Of a stretch of 64,000 nt of DNA, positions 45,449-55,283 are shown piece by piece. Positions within the stretch are counted from its first letter, which is position 1, and each line of letters begins with the position of its first letter. This stretch comes from Candidatus Cloacimonadales bacterium (lineage in GTDB: Bacteria > Cloacimonadota > Cloacimonadia > Cloacimonadales > JAIOQZ01). A program made the position numbers and the translations under genes. The stretch is taken from assembly GCA_963674825.1 (NCBI GenBank), contig OY771587.1:3104001-3168000 (forward strand), given 5' to 3'. The notes under the pieces were generated by a model. It was not told the DNA's origin. It searched no databases and saw nothing but the letters and a program-made list of their open reading frames with translations.

Positions 45449-46984
45449 ATGAATGACAGTCAAAAGCACATCGATGAGCTCATCGAGAAACTGAGCCATG
45501 ATAAGTTTGCATGCGCAGACGAGAAAGCATCGGAAGTAATGGCATTCGTCCATTGGGTTTTAGATGAGAAAAATGATATCAGCAATCAAACAGGTTTGAT
45601 TGAACAGCTCAAACTGAATGCGGAGGAGATTATCCGTCTTCTGGATGAATCCGAGAACTTATCCGACGGTTTCTTGCTGAGCTTTCTGATCGGGCGGATC
45701 TGCTTTGAGCGTCAGGATTATTCAGATAGTTACAAATACAATCAACTTGGTCTCGATTTCTACAATAGATTACCAGATGAAAAGCGGCAGGCAAATAAGA
45801 AGAAAGCAGCGTCGGTCTGTTATCGTTGCGGCACGGTAGATTTCTATCACTCAAGGTACGATCAGGCATCGGATTATTACTATGCGGGTCTTAAGCTGAT
45901 GGGAAATCAGCCAATTACACCCAACCTCGGTTTTTTATATCAGGGTTTGGGATTTGTCTATCGTAACCTCGGGGACTACCCGAAAGCGCTGGAGAATTTT
46001 CAGAATGCGTATGAAGTAGCTGAGACGATCAATAAGCACGAGATAAAGGCAGTTGTCCTGAATGAAATCGCGAATATCTATATGATAAAACGGCAATTCG
46101 AGAAATCGCTGGAATACCACCAGAAAGCGCTTGAAGTTACGCAAGAGGAAAACTCGAACGTCTCCAGTTCGTTTATCTATCACGATATCGCTCTGATGTA
46201 TTCTGAGATGAATCGCTACGAAGATGCACTCGTCTATTTCCAGAAGCACTACGATCTGGCGAAAGATTCGCTTACAACCCGTGAGAAGTCGATCTACCTG
46301 ATGAATCTCAGTGGGATAACCGCAAGCTTGGAAGACTACGAGAAAGCGGTAAAGTATGGAGAAGAAGCGCTTGCCTTTGCACAACAAGCTGAAGGTGTAT
46401 ACGAACAGTGCAGCGCTTACGAGCAGCTTTCGAATATCTATATCCGTAAGGGTGAGTTCGAAAGGGCATGTGACAATCTTAACAATGCGCATGAGCTTAG
46501 CAAGCAGGTATTCAGTAAAGACAAGATGAACCAGATCCATGAGTTGCAGGTAAAATACGAATCGGAAGCTCGTGAGCGCGAAGCTGAGATTTACAGGCTG
46601 AAAAACGTCGAGTTGGTGGAAGCGAACGAAAAGCTCCAGGAATCGTATGACAAGCTGGAAAAAGCCCAACAGGAGATCATCCAGCTCGAACGGCAGAAGT
46701 CGGTGTGGGCTATGGCTGTGACGGCAAATCACGAGATCAATCAACCGTTGATGGTGATCCGGGGTAACATGGACCTGCTGCGTCTGAAAATGGATGCAGA
46801 TGTCATGCCGCAGAATATCGAGCAATATCTTGGGAATATCGAGAAGTCGATTGATCGAATCGGCAATATCCTGACCAAGTTTAAAGAAAAATGCCCGATA
46901 CGCTTCACTGAATACAGCTCGACAACTGAAATGGTTGTGTTTGACGATGTAATAAACGAGGATGACGAGTCTGATGATTCATGA
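45449..46984 (+). CDS. TPR + HisKA (DHp) protein lacking HATPase domain, copy 1
   Basis: TPR repeats, coiled coil, ANHEINQPL H-box, ends about 85 aa later. Confidence 0.88.
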   Translation: MNDSQKHIDELIEKLSHDKFACADEKASEVMAFVHWVLDEKNDISNQTGLIEQLKLNAEEIIRLLDESENLSDGFLLSFLIGRICFERQDYSDSYKYNQLGLDFYNRLPDEKRQANKKKAASVCYRCGTVDFYHSRYDQASDYYYAGLKLMGNQPITPNLGFLYQGLGFVYRNLGDYPKALENFQNAYEVAETINKHEIKAVVLNEIANIYMIKRQFEKSLEYHQKALEVTQEENSNVSSSFIYHDIALMYSEMNRYEDALVYFQKHYDLAKDSLTTREKSIYLMNLSGITASLEDYEKAVKYGEEALAFAQQAEGVYEQCSAYEQLSNIYIRKGEFERACDNLNNAHELSKQVFSKDKMNQIHELQVKYESEAREREAEIYRLKNVELVEANEKLQESYDKLEKAQQEIIQLERQKSVWAMAVTANHEINQPLMVIRGNMDLLRLKMDADVMPQNIEQYLGNIEKSIDRIGNILTKFKEKCPIRFTEYSSTTEMVVFDDVINEDDESDDS

Positions 46985-48434
46985 TGAGATTGAAGGATTT
47001 CTACATGAAATTCCGGAAGATAAACACCAGTCCTGGATCCTGAAAGCAACGAGTGAACTGGCGCAAACTGATCCAACAAAAGCTCTTCACTACATCGAGT
47101 ATATCCGGGAGCACTTCACCAATCAATATTTACTTTTCGAAGCAGGGATGGTTCAAGCGGAGTGCTATTTCGAGCAGGGTCGATACGAAGAAGCCTTGTT
47201 ACATTACCGGACAAGCCTTGAAATAGATGCACGACAGTATGGAATTAATCCATACGGGCTCATACACAACAGGATCGGGCTTACACTGTGGAAAATGGGT
47301 GAACAGGAGCAGGCGTTAGAGGCATTTTTCACAGCGCTCAGGCATTTCACTGAAATAGAAGATGCGAAGAATATCGCCGATGTCGAGAACAATATTGGTC
47401 TTGTGTACTGGGATCTGGGGATGGTGGATAACGCCCTCCGTTATTATCGGCAATCGCTCGAAATGAAGATAAAACTAGGCGATGAAGCCAGTATTGCCAA
47501 TCTAAACAACAACATTGCCGGTATTTACTACTCCCGCAAAGACTATAAAACCGCGATTGAATACCTTGACCCTGTGCTGGACTTTTTTACCAGACACAAC
47601 AGGTTTCGTGAACTCACACATGCCCTAAACAACAAGTGCTTGCTACTCATGGAGATGCGGAATTACGATGCGGCAAAGAAAGTGATCGAGGAAGCGCTCA
47701 GAATTGTTCGTGAGAAGAAGTTCTATCATGAGGAGTCGGTCTGCCTGATCACGCGTGGCGATTTGGAAACACGCCTTGGTATCAGCGATGAGGCGATCGT
47801 CTACTACGATCAAGCGCTCGAACTGGCGAAGATGATCCAGTCGAAAGAATCGATCCGTATTGTGCTCGGACATCTGGCGGCTTTTTATGAGGAGATCGGC
47901 GATTACGAGAAAGCGCTCGAAAAGAACCGCGAGTTTAATAAATTGAAAGACGAGCTCTTTCACGAGCAGCTAAGCAGCAAGATTGCGGAACTGGAATCGC
48001 GCTTCGACACCGAAAAGAAGGAGCGGGAAATGGAAATCCACCGTCTTCGTAACATCGAACTGGTGAAGAAGAACGAAGAAATTCACATACAGAAAACCGA
48101 GCTTGAAAATACGCTGCATAAGCTTCAGAAAGCCCAAAAAGACATCATTGCACTGGAACGGAAAGCTTCGGCAATGGCAATGGCTGTAACGGCAAATCAC
48201 GAGATCAATCAACCACTTATGGTGATCCAGGGCAACATGGATATGCTTCGGTTGCACCTTGATTTCGCAAAACTTTCCTCGAAGCAACAGCAATACGTGC
48301 AGAAGATCGATAACTCCATCGCGCGCATTTGCTCGATTCTTGAAAAATTCAGAAGTACGATACCAACACGTTTCACCGCATATAGCAGCGATACGGATAT
48401 GGTGATATTTGAGCAGGATAATGAACATGAATGA
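46974..48434 (+). CDS. TPR + HisKA (DHp) protein lacking HATPase domain, copy 2
   Basis: Same architecture; overlaps the previous stop; start 46962 or 46974. Confidence 0.88.
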   Translation: MIHDEIEGFLHEIPEDKHQSWILKATSELAQTDPTKALHYIEYIREHFTNQYLLFEAGMVQAECYFEQGRYEEALLHYRTSLEIDARQYGINPYGLIHNRIGLTLWKMGEQEQALEAFFTALRHFTEIEDAKNIADVENNIGLVYWDLGMVDNALRYYRQSLEMKIKLGDEASIANLNNNIAGIYYSRKDYKTAIEYLDPVLDFFTRHNRFRELTHALNNKCLLLMEMRNYDAAKKVIEEALRIVREKKFYHEESVCLITRGDLETRLGISDEAIVYYDQALELAKMIQSKESIRIVLGHLAAFYEEIGDYEKALEKNREFNKLKDELFHEQLSSKIAELESRFDTEKKEREMEIHRLRNIELVKKNEEIHIQKTELENTLHKLQKAQKDIIALERKASAMAMAVTANHEINQPLMVIQGNMDMLRLHLDFAKLSSKQQQYVQKIDNSIARICSILEKFRSTIPTRFTAYSSDTDMVIFEQDNEHE

Positions 48435-49920
48435 GAATGAGAAACATCAGGAATTTATCGATAACCTTGTGGGAAAGTCTGAGAAAGAACAACTTAACAG
48501 CATTCTTGCTGAGGCTCGAAAGATATTGAATCAAGATCCTGGGGGGACAAAGTTTTACGCCCAGTATTTAATAGAGCACTTTAACAGCGATATTCATACA
48601 TGTCACGGAAAGATGCTGATGGCCGAAGCGCTTTTCGAGCTGGGCCATTACAACGAATCATATGATTATTGCCGTCAATGCGCGGTTCTGAATGAGAAGC
48701 TGAACTATCCACTGGCGAAGGGAGTTATCGAAAACAGACTCGGACTATCGCAATGGCGCAAGGGTGATCTGGAAAAGGCTCTTGAATCACTTTTTTCAGC
48801 GCTACGGTATTGGACGGAGCAAAGAAGTATCGAGCAGATTGCCGATGTCGAGAACAATATCGGGCTCATATATTGGGATTTATCGATGACTGAAGAAGCA
48901 TTGCGGCATTATAGAAAATCATTGGAGATGAAAACTGAACTGGAAGATGAAAAGGGTATCGCCACACTAAACAACAATATTGCCGGTATCTATTATAAAA
49001 AAGGTGACCTTGCTACTGCCCTCGAATTCATCGATCCTGTCATCGAATTTTTCCATAAAGCCGGCCGGTATCGAGAGCTTGCGCAGGTGGTCAACAACAA
49101 GGCGATTCTGCTTATTGAGCTGGGGGAACTCGAAAAAGCTGAAGAAATTCTCAATAAAACATATTCGAAGGCGGTTGAGCGCAATTACCGCATTGAACAG
49201 ATCGTGCTGCTGACGACATTAGGCAGCCTGGAAGCCAAGCGAAACCGTACTCAGATTGCCGATGATTATTTCGAGAAAGCAATTGCGATTGGCCGCGATA
49301 TCGATTCCAAGGAATTGGTGCGAACAACGTTGACACATCAAGCGAGATTTTATGAAAAGATAGGAGATCACAAAAACGCTCTCCAGAAATTCAAGGAGAT
49401 GAGTCAGATTAAGGATGAAATCTTCCATGAACAGCTCGGGAACAAGATTGCGGAATTGGAGACGAAGTTCGATACTGAGAAGAAAGAAAAAGAAAAGGAA
49501 ATCTATCGCCTGAAGAACATCGAGCTTGCCCAGAAGAACGATGAGATCCATCAACAGAAAGTGGAAATTGAGAATACGCTTCATAAGCTTCAGATTGCAC
49601 AACAAGAAATCATTGATCTCGAACGGAAGGCATCAGCAATGGCGATGGCTGTCACGGCAAATCATGAGATCAACCAACCGCTTATGGTAATCCAGGGAAA
49701 TATGGATATGTTACAGATGAGCCTTGATACGGAATCGATGGACTCCCACAATCGTCAATATTTCAAGAAAATCGATGAATCGATCAATCGGATTCGGGAC
49801 ATTCTCGATAAGTTCAAAAACAGGATACCAGCACGCTTTACAGCCTATAGCAGCGACACTGAGATGGTGGAATTCGATGAAGATAGCAAGATTGAAAATG
49901 AAAAAGACTCAATCGACTAG
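48427..49920 (+). CDS. TPR + HisKA (DHp) protein lacking HATPase domain, copy 3
   Basis: Same architecture; close paralog of copy 2; start 48421 or 48427. Confidence 0.88.
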   Translation: MNENEKHQEFIDNLVGKSEKEQLNSILAEARKILNQDPGGTKFYAQYLIEHFNSDIHTCHGKMLMAEALFELGHYNESYDYCRQCAVLNEKLNYPLAKGVIENRLGLSQWRKGDLEKALESLFSALRYWTEQRSIEQIADVENNIGLIYWDLSMTEEALRHYRKSLEMKTELEDEKGIATLNNNIAGIYYKKGDLATALEFIDPVIEFFHKAGRYRELAQVVNNKAILLIELGELEKAEEILNKTYSKAVERNYRIEQIVLLTTLGSLEAKRNRTQIADDYFEKAIAIGRDIDSKELVRTTLTHQARFYEKIGDHKNALQKFKEMSQIKDEIFHEQLGNKIAELETKFDTEKKEKEKEIYRLKNIELAQKNDEIHQQKVEIENTLHKLQIAQQEIIDLERKASAMAMAVTANHEINQPLMVIQGNMDMLQMSLDTESMDSHNRQYFKKIDESINRIRDILDKFKNRIPARFTAYSSDTEMVEFDEDSKIENEKDSID

Positions 49921-50106
49921 GATGATATCAAAATTCGATTATATTATAATTCGTTATAGACAGACACACACACTGAATCAGTAGTTCCAGATTTTGAATC
50001 AGCGCTGCCTGATACTTCACAAGTCAAAATATAGATTATCAAGGTCACTTCAAAATCATTTGCGTGAATAACACGCCTGACCGTTAATCTGTTTATCGGA
50101 GGAACT

Positions 50107-50997
50107 ATGCGAAAACCGAGGATTCAAACCATTCTCATCATGGTACTTCTGCTTGTAATGTCGATGTCCTTGCTCGAAGCAAAATCATGGAAAATCGGCG
50201 TTCTGGCAAAACGGGGAGCAAAGAAAGCTCTGGAGCAATGGGTACCGCTTTCAGTATATCTCACAGAAACGATTCCGGGTGAAGATTTCATGATTCAACC
50301 TCTTATTTTTGAGGATGTTCGCACCGCAACGCAAAATGGCAGCATCGATTTCATTCTCACCAACTCTTCGTATTACGTGGAGCTAAACAACAAATTCGAC
50401 ACCAAGGCAATTGTTACAATGGTCAACTCCATTCAAGGAACTGGGCAGCAGGAATTCGGCGGGGTGCTTCTCGTGCCGGCCGATAGTCCGATTAACACGA
50501 TTGCCGATGCCAAAGGCAAGAAGTTTGCCGCAGTGAACGAATCGTCATTCGGGGGATTCCAAATGGCAGCAGCACTGCTGATGGAAAATGGGATCAATTA
50601 CAAGAAAGATTTCTCCGAAGTCATGTATATGAAGACGCACGATGCAGTTGTGATGAGTGTGTATAGCAAAATGGCAGACATCGGAACCGTCCGCACGGAT
50701 ACACTCGAACGAATGGAAAAGGAAGGAAGGGTCAAGCTTTCCGATTTCAAGATTATCCATCCTATGAAGGATGCCTTCCCGTTTGTCAGAAGTACTATCC
50801 TTTATCCTGAATGGCCGCTGGCCAAGACCAAAGCTACGCCGGACGATATCGCCGATAAAGTCAAGAAAGCACTGCTAAACCTGCCATCGGATTCTCCTGC
50901 TACGAAATCCGCGAAAATCGTAGGGTGGATCGACGCACTCGATTACACGCCTGTACTCAAATGCCTCCAGATTCTGGGAATCGATCCGGGAAAATAG
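50107..50997 (+). CDS. Stand-alone PhnD-fold periplasmic binding protein (TtrS/ThsS sensor-domain-like)
   Basis: Signal peptide; GVLAKRG, DFILTN, SFGG, HDAVV, GTVRTDTLE, STILYPEWP. Confidence 0.85.
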   Translation: MRKPRIQTILIMVLLLVMSMSLLEAKSWKIGVLAKRGAKKALEQWVPLSVYLTETIPGEDFMIQPLIFEDVRTATQNGSIDFILTNSSYYVELNNKFDTKAIVTMVNSIQGTGQQEFGGVLLVPADSPINTIADAKGKKFAAVNESSFGGFQMAAALLMENGINYKKDFSEVMYMKTHDAVVMSVYSKMADIGTVRTDTLERMEKEGRVKLSDFKIIHPMKDAFPFVRSTILYPEWPLAKTKATPDDIADKVKKALLNLPSDSPATKSAKIVGWIDALDYTPVLKCLQILGIDPGK

Positions 50998-51016
50998 CCA
51001 ACAAATAGAGATCAGG

Positions 51017-51051
51017 AAAGCACGTGATTCATCTGGATCGCGTGCTTTTTT
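51017..51051 (+). terminator. Rho-independent terminator
   Basis: AAAGCACGTGATTC/GGATCGCGTGCTTT hairpin with T-run. Confidence 0.75.
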
Positions 51052-51126
51052 ATATACCATGAAAAGGTGAATAAAAATATCTTGTAATTTTTTGTGGGAT
51101 GTGTATTCTTACCTTCGAAGGTGAGT

Positions 51127-51993
51127 ATGGAATTATCAGCAGAGTTATCCCAGGCCGTGGAAAAAATGCCGGCTTTTCCAAGTTCGATACAACAGATTAT
51201 CCGGATTACATCCGATGTCAATGCGGATGCAAAAGAGGTTGTGCGTATAATCCGGCATGACCCCGTGCTGACCATTAAGCTGCTTTCGCTGGTCAATTCG
51301 GCCTATTTTGGGCTACCGAATCGCGTCACGTCCATCCATCAGGCTTATATGCTGTTGGGATTGAACACCACGCGTAACCTGCTGCTCAGCATCTCCGCAA
51401 TTCGCGCTATACCAAACATCGATCATGTGCCTTTTCTGCAACGACAGGAATTCCTGCTGCATTCGCTATCGACAGCGCTTCTCTCTCGGATGATTGCCAA
51501 GCATAACAACTTCCCAAACAGTATTTTGGAGGACTATTTCATTGCCGGTTTGCTGCATGATTTCGGTAGGATCGTCATGACCATCGCCAATCCGGAGAAG
51601 TATGGTCAGGTTATCCAGCATACAGCGGAAACAGGGAGCTACATTCTACACAGCGAGCAGGCATTTTTCGGATTTTTCCACACTGAAGTTGGTTTCGCGC
51701 TGGCACGGCACTGGAACCTTTCGGAGCTGATTCAGCAAGCGCTTTTACGCCATCATGATCCGACAAGACTTGATAAACATGCTGTAGATATTCCATATAA
51801 AGCGATCGAGACAGTGTATTGCGCGAATATCCTCGCAGCGAAATCCGGAGATGGCTTCAGCGGTGACGTAGGACCGGCATTTATCGAAGAATCAAGTTTC
51901 AAGGACCTGCATCTCGATAATGAAACAGAATCAGATTTATTGCGGGATTTAAAAGAAGAACTGGACAAGGCGAAAATTATTCTTCAAATATGA
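51127..51993 (+). CDS. HDOD domain protein
   Basis: MPAFP, DPVLT..LL..VNSAYFG, AGLLHDFG, HTEVG..LARHW, HH. Confidence 0.93.
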   Translation: MELSAELSQAVEKMPAFPSSIQQIIRITSDVNADAKEVVRIIRHDPVLTIKLLSLVNSAYFGLPNRVTSIHQAYMLLGLNTTRNLLLSISAIRAIPNIDHVPFLQRQEFLLHSLSTALLSRMIAKHNNFPNSILEDYFIAGLLHDFGRIVMTIANPEKYGQVIQHTAETGSYILHSEQAFFGFFHTEVGFALARHWNLSELIQQALLRHHDPTRLDKHAVDIPYKAIETVYCANILAAKSGDGFSGDVGPAFIEESSFKDLHLDNETESDLLRDLKEELDKAKIILQI

Positions 51994-52005
51994 CATGAGG
52001 TCAAG

Positions 52006-52896
52006 ATGAGAGTAAAATTTTGGGGTGTTCGCGGTACGATCCCGACACCGGGTCCTACAACAGTAAAATATGGCGGGAAGACGCTGTGCATCGAAGTAGA
52101 GACGGACGACGGACAGCTGATTATTCTTGATGCTGGAACAGGGATTCGGGATCTGGGTATGCAGCTTGCTCAACGAACGCCGCTCCATTGCTCTCTTTTC
52201 ATTTCTCACACTCATTGGGATCATATTCAAGGCATTCCGTTTTTTATCCCGCTGTTTCTAAAGGGAAACAAGATCGATATCTATGGCAGCTACGATCCCA
52301 TCCACGGGAAATCGTTCCGTCAGATTCTCGACGTGCTCATGCAGTTCGAATACTTCCCTGTGCGGTTCGATGAGCTGAAGTCCGAACGTCGTTTTCTCGA
52401 TCTCTCCATCAATCAGACACTTCGCATCGGAGATACCAGCATCACCACCTACCACATGAACCATCCCATCCTTGGGCTGGGCTACAAGATTGAATCGGGC
52501 GGGAAGACACTCTTCTACTCGGGTGACTACGAGCCGCCGACCAATATCTATTCGCCGGACGAATCGGAGTACATTGAGTACGAAGAGATGATTCGCGAAC
52601 AACACCGCAATCTGGTGGAGTTTCTCAGTGGTGTCGATGCCATGATCATGGATTCGACTTATACCGAGCAGGAGTATCAGACGCATGTGGGATGGGGACA
52701 CGGCACGTTCTCATCAAGCTATCAACTCGCCTGCGAGACGAATGCCAAGAGACTCGCCTTTTTCCACCACGACCCGGGCCGCACTGATGACCAGCTCGAT
52801 GAGATTCTCAAGCATATCGAAGAGCGTAAGCACCACGAAGGAAGGCACGACCTGATCCTTCAGATGGCGACCGAAAACGAGGAATTCTACATCTAA
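52006..52896 (+). CDS. MBL-fold metallo-hydrolase (putative phosphodiesterase)
   Basis: FWGVRGTIP, LDAGTG, SHTHWDHIQG, GWGH, FHHDP. Confidence 0.92.
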   Translation: MRVKFWGVRGTIPTPGPTTVKYGGKTLCIEVETDDGQLIILDAGTGIRDLGMQLAQRTPLHCSLFISHTHWDHIQGIPFFIPLFLKGNKIDIYGSYDPIHGKSFRQILDVLMQFEYFPVRFDELKSERRFLDLSINQTLRIGDTSITTYHMNHPILGLGYKIESGGKTLFYSGDYEPPTNIYSPDESEYIEYEEMIREQHRNLVEFLSGVDAMIMDSTYTEQEYQTHVGWGHGTFSSSYQLACETNAKRLAFFHHDPGRTDDQLDEILKHIEERKHHEGRHDLILQMATENEEFYI

Positions 52897-53981
52897 CCCC
52901 TTACAAGCGCGTCCTTTGGACAGATCGTTGTGCAATAACCGCAGTGGATACAATTCTCCGTGTACTGCGGGAAACCGTCAGGACCACCCACGATTCCGCC
53001 GTGAATACAACCCTTCACACACTTCCAGCAACGGATACAACGCGATGGTTCCAGCTTGAACGGCAGCGGCTCAAGATTCTCCTCGTGCTTCTGTTCGCGG
53101 TAGAGACCAACGATCTGGTTCACATCATCATAACCGTTCTCATCAAGCCATTTGGACATCTCGTCAGCAATCTTCTTGTAAATCGAATTGCCGTGCTCGA
53201 TTGCCGCGCTGCAAACCTGCACCGCGCATGCTCCAGCCATCATCATCTTAATCGCGTCGCTTCCGCTGTATATGCCGCCCACGCCTAATACCAGCTTTTC
53301 CGTAAGAGCGGCGAGTTCGTACACGATGCGTAGCGCCAGCGGGAAGATAGCCTTGCCGGAAATCCAGCCGTAGCCGTCTTTGCTGCCGAGATAGGGTATG
53401 CGGGTCTTGGGATCGAAGTCGAGTCCCGGGCCGAGGCTGTTGACTGCCACATATCCATCGACGATGGGATCGAGGGCTTTGACCAGGCCGGGAATATCGG
53501 GGAACCCGGGGGAAATTTTCGCCATGATGGGTTTGTCGACAGCGTTCTTGAGCGCCTTAGCCGAATCGATAACCGGCGTGTAGTCTTTGCCCAGATAGTG
53601 GATGGAGAACTCGAACGCGTCCACGCAACCGGTGGCGTTGACGCGAGGTCCGAGCTCCGCAAGCTCTTCAGCGGTGTAGCCAAGACCGGCGATCTGCATC
53701 AGACCGGTTTCTTTGGCGATAGCGTATTCCTTCTCGATGTACTGCTCCACCGGGAGTTCCGACCACAGTTCCGCGTTCATCAGCGAATCCTTGCACACCG
53801 AAGCGATGTTTGGGTAGGGTACAGGAGCCGGTACGACGGAGACGGTCTTCATGACCAGCGCGCCCACGCCTTTCTCAGCGGCGTCCTTGAGCAGCGCTCC
53901 GGTACGGCAGTTTGGCCCTGCGGCGGGCATTACGGGATTGCGGATGGTGTGTCCGAAAAGCTTAACTTCCATTTTAGCCAT
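52893..53981 (-). CDS. Dihydroorotate/dihydropyrimidine dehydrogenase-like FMN protein with C-terminal 2x[4Fe-4S] domain
   Basis: NPVMPAAGP, MKTVS, AKISP, GWISG, GVGGI, AVQVCS; CxxCxxCxxxC twice. Confidence 0.85.
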   Translation of the reverse strand: MAKMEVKLFGHTIRNPVMPAAGPNCRTGALLKDAAEKGVGALVMKTVSVVPAPVPYPNIASVCKDSLMNAELWSELPVEQYIEKEYAIAKETGLMQIAGLGYTAEELAELGPRVNATGCVDAFEFSIHYLGKDYTPVIDSAKALKNAVDKPIMAKISPGFPDIPGLVKALDPIVDGYVAVNSLGPGLDFDPKTRIPYLGSKDGYGWISGKAIFPLALRIVYELAALTEKLVLGVGGIYSGSDAIKMMMAGACAVQVCSAAIEHGNSIYKKIADEMSKWLDENGYDDVNQIVGLYREQKHEENLEPLPFKLEPSRCIRCWKCVKGCIHGGIVGGPDGFPQYTENCIHCGYCTTICPKDALVRG

Positions 53982-54816
53982 TGGTTACGTCCTCGATGTG
54001 TCTGATGAGCAGGTTGAAAAAGACTTCGAACCGGTAGTCGCTATCCGAGCGAAGGTCCGAGATCGGTGTGATTTCGTTGGAAAGGGTTTCGCGCAGGATT
54101 GCATCTGATATCTCGTCACGGCGTTTTCCTGTGAGCAATGATTCGGTCTGTGGCAATCTGCGAGCGTATTCGTTGAGGCTTCCGGCTGCGATACTGATCG
54201 ACTCGATGCGGTCGCTGTTCCATTTGCTGAGGATTGCGATGGAAGCCTTGGATATGGTGAGAGACTTGCGTGAGGCCACCTTTTTGTAGAAGAATTTTCT
54301 GCCTTGCTGTGCGTCCTGATCAATTAGAACCCGGTAGATGATCTCGCCTCGCTCCAGCAGATTCTTTTTATAGCCGTAGTAGAAGTCATTACCCGCCACG
54401 GTGCGAACGCCATCCGCCGAAAGGAGTTCCAGCTTCGCGTCGCATACGAGCAGCAACGGGATCACATCTGCGGTAGGTGAGCCATTGGCGATGTTACCAC
54501 CGATTGTCGCGGTGCTCTGTAAGAGGGGAGAGGCGAAGTTTTGCAGCGCTGTTTGCAGCATGGGAAGATGCTTACCGATGATCGGTGATTCGAGCATCTC
54601 CATGAAGGTCGCGGTCGCGCCAATGGAGATAAAGCCATCTTGCAGGGCGATTTCACGCATTTCCGGGATGCGATTGATGAAGACGATCTCCGATGGTTGA
54701 AGGATCCCCTTGCGAATCTGCACGTTGAGGTCTGTGCCGCCTGCGAGGAAGAAGGTTTCCGGCTCGATGTGGGCAAGGTGCGATTTCAACTCGGCGAGGT
54801 TTTGCGGAACGATCAT
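53974..54816 (-). CDS. Molybdenum hydroxylase FAD-binding subunit (XdhB/CoxM-like)
   Basis: LAGGTDL, ATIGGNIANGSP.AD, PISDLRS...YR. Confidence 0.92.
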   Translation of the reverse strand: MIVPQNLAELKSHLAHIEPETFFLAGGTDLNVQIRKGILQPSEIVFINRIPEMREIALQDGFISIGATATFMEMLESPIIGKHLPMLQTALQNFASPLLQSTATIGGNIANGSPTADVIPLLLVCDAKLELLSADGVRTVAGNDFYYGYKKNLLERGEIIYRVLIDQDAQQGRKFFYKKVASRKSLTISKASIAILSKWNSDRIESISIAAGSLNEYARRLPQTESLLTGKRRDEISDAILRETLSNEITPISDLRSDSDYRFEVFFNLLIRHIEDVTNG

Positions 54817-55283
54817 GACTGACCTCCCACCAATTCGCAGGCCATCATGACGGCCTCAAAGATCTTCGTATAGCCGGTGCAACGGCAGATGTTACCGGAA
54901 AGCGCGCGCTTGATTTTCTCCAGATCCGGCTCGCCGTCGTGAATCAGGTAATAGTAGGATGAGACGACGAATCCCGGGAAGCAGAAGCCGCATTGGACGG
55001 CGTTGGTTTTATCGTAGCAGGCGATCAGCTTCTGACCGATCTCGGTCTCGGAAACACCTTCGACAGTCACGACCTCTGCGCTTTCGAGTTGTACAGCGTT
55101 CACCAGGCAACTGGTGACGGGTTTGCCATTCAGCAGCACCGTGCAGGCACCGCATTCGCCTTCACCGCAGCCTTCCTTCGTACCGGTGAGGTTGAAATCT
55201 TCACGGATGATGTCGAGTAATCGACGCATAGGATCGACGTCGATCATGACCGGTTTTTCGTTTAATTTGAATGCTATTTTCAC
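54813..55283 (-). CDS. Molybdenum hydroxylase [2Fe-2S] subunit (CoxS-like)
   Basis: GTKEGCGEGECGACTV, QCGFC, GNICRCTGY. Confidence 0.96.
   Translation of the reverse strand: MKIAFKLNEKPVMIDVDPMRRLLDIIREDFNLTGTKEGCGEGECGACTVLLNGKPVTSCLVNAVQLESAEVVTVEGVSETEIGQKLIACYDKTNAVQCGFCFPGFVVSSYYYLIHDGEPDLEKIKRALSGNICRCTGYTKIFEAVMMACELVGGQS

Noticed and set aside
45935..46825. Long antisense ORFs (also 41906-42757, 37016-37753, 55427-56089)
   Set aside because: They are shadow frames of well-supported genes, with no motifs.
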